64,000 bases of DNA from Nemertoderma westbladi (lineage: Eukaryota > Animalia > Xenacoelomorpha). How positions within the stretch are numbered: position 1 is the stretch's first letter; each line of letters starts with the position of its first letter. The stretch is taken from positions 1 through 64,000 of the forward strand of contig JAUCBJ010007768.1 in the NCBI GenBank assembly GCA_032718475.1, written 5' to 3'. Below, in pieces: positions 25,536 through 38,308 of the stretch. Position numbers and translations under genes: made by a program. The notes beneath the pieces are model-generated. The model was not told the origin of the DNA. It ran no database searches and saw only the letters and a program-made list of their open reading frames with translations.

Positions 25536-27950
25536 TACTGCTCCACTGGTCGGCAATTAAAAGGCCTCTAGGCTTACCGGTATCTGGCCATTACTACTTA
25601 TCAAATCTAATTAATAATACAATATCGATACAGTTATTTCAGATAATACATTGTACTGGTAATGGCGACTGGGAAAAAGGTGAACTTCCCTTGTTTAAAG
25701 TGTAACGAAAACGTAAAAAAGACCGATAATGCAATGGGTTCATGCTGGGACTAATGGGTGTAACCCTGAACTAGATGAAAACACTTATAACATCCTTGTG
25801 CGACAGAAGCAGTCAGGTGGGTCGATATTCTGGTGCTGTATTTCGTGCAGGAAATCGGCTGCTAAGCTTGACAAGGCAATCAAAGAGTTGGGTAGGCGAC
25901 AAGATACAGTTGATGATAAAGTGGATGGAAACAACAAACGGGTTTCGTCTGTTGAAGTCGATGTTGCCGATCTCAAGAAAAAGTTTGTAAATCTCGGGTC
26001 CACTGCTGCTACAGTTCAAGAAGATGTAAAGACCTCCGTTTTTAGCGAGTTCCGCAATCGTGAAAGTCGCCAGTTGAACATCGTGATTTATGGTATGGAG
26101 GAACCTCCTCGATCAATAAAGGAGAACAAATCCCATTACGAGTTTGATCTAAGGTCAATAGATGAAATGTTTTCTGCCCTGCATCTCGATCATATGGGGG
26201 CCAAAATTGGCAATTCGGTCCGATTTGCTAAGCGTTTGGGCCACTATGCCATAAACAATGTGCGACCTCTACTAGTTGGATCTGTTGAGCTGTGTGAAAT
26301 GATCCTTGCAGAGTCCTTCCAGCTGTCGAAGTTGGAGAACCCTTGGAATAGTATCTCTCTTGTACCTGACCTCACCCCTCTGCAATGTAAAGAAGACTCC
26401 GACTTACGTAATGTAGTAACGAATAGGAATAATGCTAGGAAGAGTAATAGCGATAGTGATGCGGGAAATTGGGTATTCAAGGTCGCAGGGAGGCGTGGAG
26501 AGCTACGGATGGTAAAATTGTCGACCGGCGGGCACGGCAGGCAACACCAGTACAACAAGAACCAATCCGACACGAACAGGGATCAGTCGACACCAACAGT
26601 GAGGATTTAACCTTCTCCGTCAATAGAAACCTTTCTAATAATGAATCAGACATATGCTCATCCATCTTATATAGTAATGTTACTAGTATTATAAATAACA
26701 TAAACGAATTTAGATGTGTTATAGTCGATTTGGCATTCACACATTCTCGATTATTAGTTAAGCTAGAGACACTCGGTATATGTGGCAATCTACTATGATG
26801 GATAGAGGTATGGTTATCTGATAGACTTCAGCGGGTGGTACTCAATGGCACATTCTCTAATTGGGCTCCAGTTCTTTCCGGTGTTCCACAGGGGTCAGTT
26901 CTGGGACCATTACTTTTTGTAATTTATATCAACGACATCGATAGTGCTATTGATACTGTTGGACACTTCATGTTTAAGTTTGCAGACGACACTAAACTCG
27001 GTGGTATTGTAAACAATGCTTGTGACAGGACAAAATTACAGGCCGACATTGACATCCTCTATAAATGGAGTATAGACTGGCAGATGTTGTTTAATTATTC
27101 TAAATGTCACATTTTGCACTTTGGTAAATATAACTACGACTTTCAATACACCATTTCAAGCCATACGCTGCAAAGTGTTACCGTCGAAAAGGATGTTGGG
27201 GTGCACATACACTCTTCATTAAAGTCATCATATCATTGTGCAACTGCTGCAAAGAAGGCTAATCAGGTATTAGGTCAAATGTGTAGGAGCTTCCATTATA
27301 GGGAGAAATCAACTTGGGTGCATCTATACAAACAATATGTTCGTCCACATCTCGAATATTGTGTGCAGTCATGGTCACCATATGGCTACAAGGAGACATT
27401 AAACTTTTAGAATCAGCCCAGGAGCGGGCTGTTTGTATGATATACAATCTTACTTCCTCGTCTTATTCTGATAGGTTAAAAGAGATCGGACTTCCATCCC
27501 TTGAATTTAGGAGTGACAGAGGAGACATGCTACAAACGTGGAAGTTTATTCATTACAAGACTGCCAGTAGTCCTAATACCAGGTTTAATTTGATGCAGGA
27601 TATCAGCCAGCGTACCACACGACTTGCCTCTCATGATCTAAATTTCATTAAACCTCCTGCTCATCTAGACATTCGCGACAAGTTTTATAGTATCAGATGT
27701 GTCTGTAACCTGAACTCATTCCCTGACAAAAATTAAGAGTGCTACGACCGTCGACAGCTTCAAGTCTCTATATGACCAGCACATGTCCAACATATAAACT
27801 TTTAGACCGGTATTAATGTATGTGCATATTATTATTCAATGTTTTTCACTGTATTGTATATTTCTGTATTATTTTTTTTTTCTTTTGGTTTTCTTGGTAT
27901 CCTATATTTAACCTGTTAGGTTCCTTAGGATTATCTTTATTAAATTAAAT
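25536..27950 (+). mobile_element. CR1-group LINE, internally deleted (5' tip probably 11546-11578, left of the BEL insertion)
   Basis: ORF1 remnant from ATG 25662 (CLKC...WVHA...FWCCISC, a broken PHD finger; RESRQLNIVIYGMEE, PDLTP) to 26610. The EN start (LYSNVTSIINN) is fused directly to RT (GVPQGSVLGPLLF, FADDTK, EKDVGV, YVRPHLEYC). (TAAAT)n tail at about 27940. Confidence 0.85.
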
Positions 27951-28500
27951 TAAATGTGTCCTAGATAATTATACTTATTCACACTTTCTAAAATTGCACC
28001 ATTATTAGAAATTTTGTTATTTAATAAGGTTTTATACATCTTGGGGGTAAACAGCACACATGTAGATTCCTTAACGTTAATAATAATTGAATATTCAGAG
28101 GCGTAATTTTCATATATTTTAATTAGTTTTGTTAGACCGTGAAATGAATTTGAAATCAATCCCAAGTCATCAGCGTAAATGGAAAGGGTTAGATCTTTTA
28201 CCCCCAAGTTCGCAACCAACGTTAGAATTAGTGAAAAGCACACTGAGTTCATTTAGGTACAGACTGTAAAGACGTGGTGAGATTATACCTCCCTGTTTAG
28301 TACCATTAGAAACATGGAACCTAGTCGAGATACAACCTCCCCAGCTCACAGCAATAGTCTGAAAACGATACCAAAAACGGAGTACTCGCACAAAAAATAA
28401 GGGTAAATTACGATCAATAAGTTTAGTAAATAATTTATAATGGTTGACTAAATCAAAGGCTTTTGAACAATCAAGAAATACAGCATATACATACAGGGCT
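27951..28500 (-). mobile_element. RT portion of 5'-truncated minus-strand LINE (RTE-X-like)
   Basis: FLDCSKAFDLV, GTKQGGIISPRLYSLY, YADDL, YNYLGHI; frameshifted; continues at 11545. Confidence 0.8.
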
Positions 28501-28590
28501 ATCATTGGTAAGGTAATATTGTATGATTTCTTTAAGCGTGTAAACACATAGTTTAGAAAAGACTATATTGAGAATGATTTCATGTCTAAC

Positions 28591-28783
28591 CTGTTGAGAA
28601 TACCTTCACTTCACAGAAATTCAAGAGAACTCTATCGTTAAATAGGACCACATAACGACCAACTTTTCCAGAACAATTTATCGTGGTAACAGCCCCAGCT
28701 GTAGTAATCGTTCCACAAAGACCGGGTGAATACCAAGTGAGATCATCAAGAGAAGCCGATGTTTTTGTGTTAGACACGTAAAT
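28591..28783 (-). CDS. F-type lectin (fucolectin/FTP-domain) gene, exon: C-terminal half of the domain
   Basis: AG acceptor 28785-28784, GT donor 28590-28589. Encodes IYVSN...LCG...INCSGKVGRYVVL...LLNFCEVKVFST; phase 0 in, phase 1 out. Confidence 0.85.
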
Positions 28784-29477
28784 CTATAAATATTAAAAAA
28801 AAGAGATTGAAATAAATTTAAAAATATTTTTTTTATTATTAAATTTTTTAAGGCGGCATCTTGAAGGGAGATGGGCAGAGGGAACAGGATAAAGCGGGTA
28901 GAGTCTGTAGTAAGAATTGGAGCAGAACCGTCAGGTACATTCGTAGGAAAGTTCATGAAACGGTTTAGCGATGGAACAGATCTTATCGTGGAAACCGTGG
29001 GTAGTTAGACGGCAGATGACGTGTCGGTTTTTCTGCTCAGCAGCTTTCCGCATGTTTGACGAGAACACACTACTGACTGAGAAGCCTTTGTCTCCATTGT
29101 TATTGGCTTACTTTCTTTCTTCCTTGGCTTTGTATGCTTCACTAACTAGTGAGTCGATCTGTTGGTATGAGGAAATGAATGGCGTTGTTGTTGAAGTTAT
29201 CAGGTGTTTTGAGCAGTTAGATCTTCTACGTGAGGTTTCTGACTAACGGGTTTGAGTGAAAGTGTCGAAGAGGCTGATAGATGAAGGCCGATCATTATCT
29301 TAATGAAATGGAGTAAACTGGATTTATATTGTTTATTTTAAATCTAGAAATATATTGAAGTAATATGAACCCATATACAGTGGCAGCAGATGATGGTATT
29401 AACGGTTGGGAGGCCATGAGGAGGTAATTGCGGACATACAAGGTATCAGATAGTATTTCCAGGTCTATCTTTTACCT

Positions 29478-29545
29478 GAGCCGCTAGCTGAATGGTTAGA
29501 GCGTCAGACTTCCAACCCGGAGGTCACCACTTCGATGATTGCCGA
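29478..29545 (+). mobile_element. Degenerate tRNA-derived SINE head
   Basis: TAGCTGAATGGTTAGAGCG A-box/D-arm-like sequence, CTTCCAA loop, degraded B box. Confidence 0.35.
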
Positions 29546-29800
29546 CTTTGCAAAGCTGTGCCCAACAAAATTTATAAGATATAACTAGCCATAGTATAAT
29601 TATAATTGTTTGCTAAGATGGCTTTCGGCTTTTGCTGCACGAAGGCCCCACTCGTGTCTCTCACACTTAGAACTAAAATTAACCCTATCAATAATAGTTA
29701 TAATAGTTCGGCTGAGATATTGGCAAACAGCCACATTTATATATTTTGGTTGGGTAATTTAGTTATTTTTTAATATTAAATAAAACTAATAAAAACAAAC

Positions 29801-30072
29801 CCTGGAGCCTATTATTCTCTGAGCAGCACCTGCCCCATCCTCGAATCGATTGTAAACCTCCACATTCCCCACTGCCGTTGTCTCTCCCAGGTCAACCCAC
29901 CACCAGTGTTCATCATCTTTATTATCAGTGTGACTGCACGAATTGTCTGATAGAGAACCAGAGGTGTCCCCATCCACCGATCTCGAAGATTTATGATACC
30001 AGTAATTGCTGCTTTGTCCGGTATTCTTATTGAGTGCTAAGTTATCGGTAGTCACTTGAATCTCCGGTGGGT
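29801..30072 (-). CDS. F-type lectin gene, exon: N-terminal half of the domain
   Basis: AG acceptor 30074-30073, GT donor 29800-29799. Encodes NLALNKNTGQSS...VDGD...CSHT...WWWVDLG...YNRFED; phase 1 in, phase 0 out, compatible with the next exon. Confidence 0.88.
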
Positions 30073-31019
30073 CTGTATGAGAATTAAATTAAACTTTATC
30101 AAACAAAGTATAAGCCTACACCTAAAAACGTGACTACAGTGTATTTTTCATTACTATTGTAACTCGGTTGTCAATCACCCACACTCCCTGAACCACTGTC
30201 TATATGTAGGAAGATCAGGTCGCAGGTTGGATAATTTCTTGCCTTCAGAACAATTAGTAAATATTTGGTGATGGTGATGGCTGCCCCACTTCCGCTCGCC
30301 ATGATGAGATTAATAAAATCGATGTTAATTATGTTCATCAACGGATCATAAATCAAAAATACATTTCATGATAGCGGGATAATACGACATTTTATTCCAC
30401 AAAATTGTGTTTTCACCACCTACCCCTTGCTCGAGTTAATTATAACGTCGCCGTAGATTCATTTCATTCAAACATTTAATCATTAAGTTATTTTATGGCC
30501 AACTCCAGTAGCACTAGCTATGCATTCGCGGGAACTGTTCCGATAGTATACTTTGGTTATAATAGTACAATAGTTCTGTTGGTGCCGTTATATTAGTTAT
30601 TATGTCTCACCTGGGTTTATTGTTAAAGTCAAGTTAAAAGTTTATTCACAGTTCGCCTCCAGGTAGTACCAATAGGCTTAAAATACAAGAGATGAATAAT
30701 TAGGGCCCTCGCTGAAGATTAGGTATGATTTAGTTATAGGTATAGGATATAGGTATAGGCATGATTTAGTTAATATCTGGCATCAATGTTAAATTATCAA
30801 TAAAGGGAGTCTCGATTAAAACGGACCACATAGGCCAATAATGCTATTAAGGCTGCATCTAGGTCACCGGTACAGGCAGTACTCTGATAATCTACAGGAG
30901 CTTATTAACCAGCAGGTTGATGCCATCAATGATGCCCATGACAGGAGGTAATCATCCAAGGCATGGAAATTAATGAACTTGCTGACTGCGAGGAAAAGCC
31001 TACCAACCACCAAGATTAA

Positions 31020-32075
31020 GGGGGGGGGGGGGGGGGCGTATTTTCTGACCTAAAAGTCAAATTTTGAAAATAAAAATTTCATGCTGAATCCAAATATGGA
31101 AACCATATTAACCATATAAATGCGATGAAGATTCAATTCCATTTCTGCACATTTCTGTGCTCTGTGATGCCAATTGGAACGACAATTGCATCCACGAGAA
31201 AGAACATAAAAAGTTAATAGAGAAAGTATTTTCTATGATTATTGGACCTACTAGTCAGTTTGTAAGACAACGAACGTCTTACAAACTCCAGAACTATGAT
31301 GGGACTCGATTAAGCGACTCCGCGGTCTTTGCGGAATTACACAGAATAGACTTATCGCTCATCGGAGATCTTCAAAATGTATAATCTCCAGTTTATAGTG
31401 GTCATAGGAAGTTCATTTTAGACTTTTAGATTTTAGGATTCTAAAGCTCTTTTCACAGAAAATAAATATACCATTTGGTTTGGCAAACTCGTGAAAGGTT
31501 GATGAGCAATGAAACTTCAACAAAATTTACAGATAATATTTTTTACCCAAATTTGTGTTATGTTGCATCACAACCATTTTATCTTAAATCAGATGGTAAC
31601 TTTGTTCTCTGAGAAAAGAGCTTTTGAATGAACTTCGTACGACCAATAGAACTGGAGATTATATATGTTGAAGATCCTGTATAATCCTGCATAGACAGCA
31701 GAGAAGCTTAATCGATTGCCATCATTGTTTCGGAGACTTGAAGTTGTCTTATAAACTGATCCTGTAGGTCAAAAAATTTTTTAAAAAATACCTTCTCCCT
31801 AAATGTGAAATGCTCTTTCTCGTGGAGACATCCAATTGGCACCACTGAGTACAAATTTGAAGTACTTGCATTGAAATCGATTCCCCAACACAACCCCAAC
31901 CTTCATCAACCCTGAACTTCAAACCCCAAACTTCAGAGTATTTACTGATACTGTGATATATCGGGGCCAGTATCGTCTACCCCAGATATCTCGAAAATTA
32001 AAATTGATATGGAAAATGGTTTCCAGATTAGGATTCAGCATAAAACTCTGCATCAATAATAGGACATGTTTAAAC
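31020..32075. mobile_element. Two partial copies of the 4282-4816 MITE family in inverted orientation
   Basis: 31020-~31460 starts TTAA-G(n)CGTATTTTCTGACC and is colinear with 4282-4760; ~31604-32075 is the reverse complement of the same body. Confidence 0.75.
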
Positions 32076-32175
32076 AAGCGCGAAATCGCTCAAATGTCCG
32101 CGTCTACTAATGCATGAACTGTTGTCTCCTTAAATGGCTTACTTCCAATCTTACTACCAGAAAAAATTCATCGGA

Positions 32176-32241
32176 AAGAGGGATTTAACTCGGTACCTAA
32201 AGATTCCAAGTCCAACGCTCTACCAACTTCGCCACTGCGCC
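32176..32241 (-). mobile_element. Degenerate tRNA-derived SINE head
   Basis: Minus strand GGCGCAGTGGCGAAGTTGGTAGAGCG..CTTGGAA..GAGTTAAATCCC: A- and B-box-like, imperfect cloverleaf. Confidence 0.4.
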
Positions 32242-33811
32242 GTATGAAGCCTTATTACTAAAACCTAACTGGAAATTAACAACAACAACAACGGTCTCGC
32301 TACGCGGATGGTAGGAAAGCCCATTTTGAAAAGCTCATAAATAATGACAGGGTATTGCTTGATAACTTTATAGAAGGCGCTATCTCCTCTACTGATGAAG
32401 TGAAGGCTGCTGCAAAGAACATTAAGAACAATCATGCCAGTAGAGTAGATGATGTCCTCCCTGATGTCTTTGGTATTTGAGTTTGTTTACCCCATCTTAA
32501 TAGACATGTACAGAACGAGAAGAGTCCAACAAGAAATTAAAACAAATAAGTTGGAGCCAGTTCCCAAGAAGGGCAACCTAACTTTTGGACAACCTAAATT
32601 TGCTGATGACTTAGGAGTACTCTCAGAATAACTATAGGGAGCTCAACAGCTCCTTGGCTTATTAGAACAGGCTGCTTCTAGTGTTGCTCTTTTTATTACC
32701 ACCACGAAGACTAAAATTTAACAGTCAACTTTGCAAGTCCTCAGGAAATGTCTGGTTGTATCTATAACAAAATCGCCTCCGCTTTGCAGGACATTGCTTT
32801 CGCCGTGCGGACCAGTCAGTGCATAATCTTGTACTTTGGCAGCCTCATGGAGTGAATAAGCATGGTGGACAGCCCATGACTTTCTTGAGACGCATCTTAA
32901 AGGACACTGACCTTGAAGATGCGGATGATCTAGCAAATGTCATGGGTGATAGGGAGTTGTGGCGGTGCAATTTTGTCGATAAGCCGGCACAGCATTCTTA
33001 AAAATGCAGCTGCAATGCAGCATGCCGATCCTAGTACCTGGGATCATGGATCCGGATGTCAGGTGAGAACCTTCGAATACGTAAGGGAAAGGAATGTGCA
33101 GTATTGAATGGGCTTTCCAGGATTTTGAAGTCACACAGAATACAGTACATCAGAAACTTAAGGTCCTATTAGTTTGAGCAGCAATAGTACTAGTACTCCT
33201 TTTGGGAGTACATGCTGGGCTTTAACTGTTGATTACACTAAATTTCTGGATGGCACATTCACAAGAATGCTACGTCGGGTTCACTGTGTCAAGTACAATG
33301 CACAAATCACTACTCTTACAGTATTTGTAGGAATAAGTCCAATATTTATTCCTGAAACGGTCGCTTATAAAATCGGCTAAAACAGCAACATTGTGGAATA
33401 TAATATAATATAATTGTATGAATAAAATAATTAATTTTGGAAATACGTCAGGCAGTTGCACAAATGCACGTTAACAATCAACAATGTGACAAACATAGTA
33501 CCGGTACATGACAATAATACATTATTTGGGAACATGAAGCGCACAAAAACAAATAAATAATAATAATTTGTTTGGGTCCCCAATAATTCGGGGACAGAAA
33601 CAAATAGCAAACAAATAGGGAGAGTCAGAATGCTTCACCTTGTGAAATAATCGATGCACAAGTACAAATCACTTCGTATTGACTATGGTGTTGCATAAAA
33701 TGCAATACATAGCCTAGTGCCTACAAATCTAATTTAGGTAAAAAATTATCTGCCGTCTAATTTCAAAAATTGACTTTATTCTTGTACTTCTTGTAAATGC
33801 TCTAGGCCTAC

Positions 33812-33886
33812 CTTCGCAGGAATCGATACCAGGATGATATTTCTTCCCAGGAGGACATTTAGTAACAACATCGGTGCAGATGCATC
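33812..33886 (-). CDS. F-type lectin gene, short Cys-rich exon
   Basis: TTCCAG acceptor, GTAGG donor, 75 nt, phase 1-1, open frame (G)CICTDVVTKCPPGKKYHPGIDSCE. Confidence 0.65.
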
Positions 33887-34777
33887 CTGGAACAGAACCG
33901 CCACAAGTACCGTGAACACCTGGGGAAATATACGAATAACAGCGTAATAGTGTGTTTTATTGTTGCCTCCAGATGAGTTATAGCATGGAAGTATATACTG
34001 TAGTAAATGTTTTTTTTAACTGATACAGATACAGATTTGTATATTATTCAAATTAATTGATATTGATATTATAGTAATAATTTCATCATACCGTTATTGA
34101 ACGAAAGTTATTAAGTAAGTATTTCCATATATTATAGGTTAAAATTCCAACAAACTATGGTCGGATATGGCGGATAAAATTCCATTTAATTAAAATTAAG
34201 TAAGCACGATAGGATTTAGTCCATAAAATTCAGTTATGACACAGTTTAAAATGCATGGGGCCGAGAAGGACCCTATTAAAATACATTATTAATATAATGA
34301 GACAACACAATAAAATTTGTTCAGAACACAGGAGAGCACAGTATTAGTATAAATTGCGGAGTATGGTTAATGTTATGTTATGTTATAGTGTGTCTAGTCC
34401 GGTCGCGAGGAGAGTTGTAGTAATCTAGCAGTAGATTTTCCTTTATTGTAAATGTGACTCCGTTCATAGCGAAAAGCTTCGAAATAAAGTTACTGTCCAT
34501 GATGGCCTTCATGCATGGCACGGGAGGATTGACCCGTCCAAGTAAGTTCTCCCGGTCATATCTATAAAAAATCATAGATCGCAGCATTGGCAGACTGTAT
34601 CGCTTTCTGGCGGTTTGATAGACGCTACCCAACCCGATATTTTTTTTTTTTATTCGTATAGAGGCCGCTCGATGGCGCCATATATTAAAATAGGTTTGGT
34701 TAAAATCATGGTACATAGCACATACCAATATATAAAATACAACGGGTACAGTTGCACAAATACATAAGAATTAGGTA

Positions 34778-34877
34778 GTCAATAAAATATACATCCCCCC
34801 CAGTCAATAAAATATACATCCCCCCAGTCAATAAAATATACATCCCCCCCAGTCAATAAAATATACATCCCCCCAGG
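34778..34877. repeat. 24-25 bp tandem repeat x4 in the LINE 3' UTR
   Basis: AGTCAATAAAATATACATCCCCC(C)C repeated. Confidence 0.9.
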
Positions 34878-35095
34878 GAATACACATCATCACTAGTATA
34901 GTATAGTGTTAAATACAAAATACATAAATACATGATATAACCATCACATATAACCAATACATGATATAAACAGATACAGGTTACAGATCCCGAATCAAAT
35001 TTGTTTATATATTAGAAGAATATAAACTGTCAGGGGGGTCGGAATTTCAGCTAATTAGAAATATCAGATTGTTGTATTGGTCCCAATTAGGTTAA

Positions 35096-38000
35096 TTAAA
35101 TTCCAAAGTAATCTAGTATATGCTTATGCCGGTCGCCGAATGGTATCGCCATTTTATAGCAGTTTGAGATGAAATTAGCGTCACTTTGTTCTTTCAAGCT
35201 TAATTCCCCGGGCTTTATGTTTGAAATTACTCTCCGTCTTGAGTACGTAGAGGTCAACAGCGAGCGAAGGGAGGGCAACGGGTAGGATTTGGCTGCGTTG
35301 TGATAAGTGCTGCCCAGTGCTGCCGTATGGGGTAATGGGGAATGTTGTGTAAGAGGGCGTAGCGGAGTCCTGTCTGTAATACCTCGTTGGGGCACGATTC
35401 CAGGCGCATAATTGTTCCAACTATTGATTTAAAGGCCTCGTCCGCTACATAGCCACATCCCATTAGTTTATAGACAGTGTTGTTACTGGCATAGTTGCCG
35501 AGGCAGAGTAGCCTTCGTAATGATTTCCTGTTGTGGATTTCCAGGGTTTCGGTTTGGGATTTCGAGAGTGCGCCAAACAAGAATTTAATCTTGTACAATG
35601 CTGATGGGATACCAATGCCATTCCATAACCTCCCAAGGGTTTCACAGTCTAACCAGCGAGCAGTCCAAGATCTGCTTCTAAAGATTTCACAGATGGTGGA
35701 TAAGGTGGTGATGCAGTACTGTAGGGCATCGTACTTCCTAATAGCAAGGTTAAACCCTAAGAAGTTAAGTGTTGTACTTTCGGGGATTAGGTATCCATTG
35801 ATGTCCAGGAAGGCAGGGTACGAGGTAGGTGAACTGCAGAACCATTTTGTTTTGGAATGTTCAAGTTCTAGATCCAGCTTGTGGCACTCGTCCATTATAA
35901 GTTTCATCATCCTTGTAATTTCTAACGAGCTGGTAGCCTGTAGAAGGAAGTCGTCATTGTAGCCAATTACTCCAACCCATGCTGACCCAATGGAGCATCC
36001 TAGTTTATCAGCTTGCAGCTTGTTAAGGATGGTGGACGTATATATGTTGAAAAACGAGGGCGATAGTACTGATCCTTGTTTAAGTCCCTTAAGTATACTG
36101 TAGCCTGGTAATTCCACATGTTCACCAAACTTAAGGTAGATGATGGTAGCCATGTAGTAGCGACATAGGACTATCACAATGTATGGGTTGATTGATTCCG
36201 ATAACTTGTACATTAACTTGGCAAGGTTCACCTCGTCAAATGCAGACTTGATGTCCATTTGACACACAAAGAGAGGTGATCTTTGACGGTAAAATTCCAT
36301 GCATTCCAAGGCTAGACCAATTGCCATGTCTATTCCAATTCTTTTTTTAAAACCTAGTTGATTTGGATTTGTTAGAATTTCATAATCTGAGAGGTACAGT
36401 GATAAGATAGTTCCCTCAAAGATATTAGCAAAAATATGGATAGACGCGATTGGACGGTAAGAGGATAGTAAATGGCGGTTCTTCTTCTTCCCCTTAACAG
36501 TAGTGTTTCCAAATGAGGAAGGTACTTCACCAAGCCTAATTGCTCCATTAAGTATGTTGGCAATAGTTCTGGAGGTGGAGGTTGGATTTGTATTAAGTAG
36601 GTGCTCTGCTGTCAGAGACATAAAATCGGGTGATTTCCCTTTGTTGAGTTTACTAATAACTTGCTTCACAACTATGGGTGAAATGGATGGCATAAGCTCA
36701 TTGTCACATTTGTCTCTCAGATTCCCTACTAGATTAAGTTGGTTCAGGTCGCTATGCTCTTTCTTTATTTTCTCAGATGGGGTGCATAGTTCAAATTTCT
36801 TCCTAAGCTCCTGTTGTACATTGTCAGGTGGTGCAGGTGAGTGTTTGCTGCCAAAATGGGACCAGAACATTTTTGGATTACCCTTAAAGGAGTTGCAAGC
36901 ATGGGTCAGGTTGCTTTGAACTTGTTGTTTGGTTAATGTGTTTCGCAGGCGACGGACTATAGACTTGGATGAGCGAAAACTGGCCTTAAATTTTTCCTTT
37001 TCATCATAATTTGTTGACTTTTTCCATAATGAATGTAACTTTTTTGAGACAGAAATGCGTTCCTTAAGCAGAGTTGAATGAACCCATGGCTTCTTCATTT
37101 GTTTTGGCGCTTTCTTCCTTTTACTCAGTGGTATATGTTTACGTGCTGCTACAATGAAGATCTCTTCAACTCTTTTTGTGTATTCGTTCAGGTCTTCTGT
37201 ACTCCACTGTGAGAGGGTTGATTCAAATTTATCATTCAGAATATTAAGGTGGTCATCCACTTCGGTTTCATACTTGTTTCGGTTTTCGGGGCATGTCAAT
37301 GACCAGTGATACTTTGTTATAGTTACGCGGAACAAGTTCTGTGCCTCGTCCCCGGTGGAGGCGTTTCGGGTGTGTGTCGGCATCTTTGGAGAGAAGTGAA
37401 CCTCCACTGGTGTGTGGCCGGATAGATTCTTAGACTGGTCCATGCAGTGCACTTTCCCCGAATGAGAGATGGTGTCTAGCGGGGCTATTACGTTGTCCAA
37501 GTATGATATACCTGTATCCCCTCTATAGAAGCTATGACAAGGGCCGTTTATTGTTGCAAACGTATCGAAAGCTGCCATACTGTTGCGTGTCAGAAAGCGA
37601 TGTAACTTTTTCCCTCTAGGGGTTGCCTTCGATCTGTTGCATCGCGTACCTTGAAGAGGTCCAACATCCGCATTACTATCCATTAGGACGATTGGAGTTA
37701 GGTCATTGTTTACATCCAGAACTGCCTGCAGCTGCCTCATAAAATTGTCATATAAACAGCTGTGTTTGCTGGAGTCTGGGGCATAGCAGCATAGTAGTAG
37801 GTAATGAGCATTATCAGAAGATAAGATAGCCTTGGCCCCTATTATATTATCGTCGCAATCAACTTGGGTAACATTGGTAAATTTGCTCTTTCGCAGGAAA
37901 ATAGCTACACCTCCATATGTTCGATAGAGTAAGGATTTTGCAGGTATATAGTTGCAGTGGAAGTCATCATCAAAATTTTCCAACAGGGACTTAGCCTCCA

Positions 38001-38127
38001 TACTGTCTAGTAGGTGCTCCTGGAGAGCCAGCACATCTAAGTCAACCAGCAGTTCGTGAACATAATCAATATTATTGGTTAGGCCTCTGCAATTGTAAGT
38101 ACCCACCTTGATGAGCGGTGTATTCAT
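35096..38127 (-). CDS. LINE ORF2: APE endonuclease + reverse transcriptase (957-aa ORF; probable late frameshift)
   Basis: TYNCRG, LQEH, GGVAI, MDSNA, SYLDNV, SGH (D of SDH lost). RT motifs YRPIA, NQLGFKK, DIKSAFD, GLKQGSVLSP, YNDD, NFLG. An alternative frame at 35096-35290 may be the true C-terminus. Confidence 0.88.
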
Positions 38128-38308
38128 GTTTTCATTGTTTACACATCCACTATTTCACCTTAATACATCATTGTGTATAGCTGAGTTACATGGTGAGCTT
38201 AGGGTATGTACGTGGGAATGTAGTTTATGTCCAAGTTTCCTGATGGCCCTACCTCGCTTATGGGCAGGGGTCCTAAGCCTAGGGCCTTGTCCACTCCTTA
38301 TTGGCCTG

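Larger units (their letters stand above)
30870..33330 (+). pseudogene. Old fragmented RTE-clade LINE
   Basis: Scattered RTE motifs: SKAWKLMN, PVPKKGNL, FADDL, LVLWQPHG, MGDRELWR, LDGTFTRMLRR; interrupted by MITEs. Confidence 0.6.
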
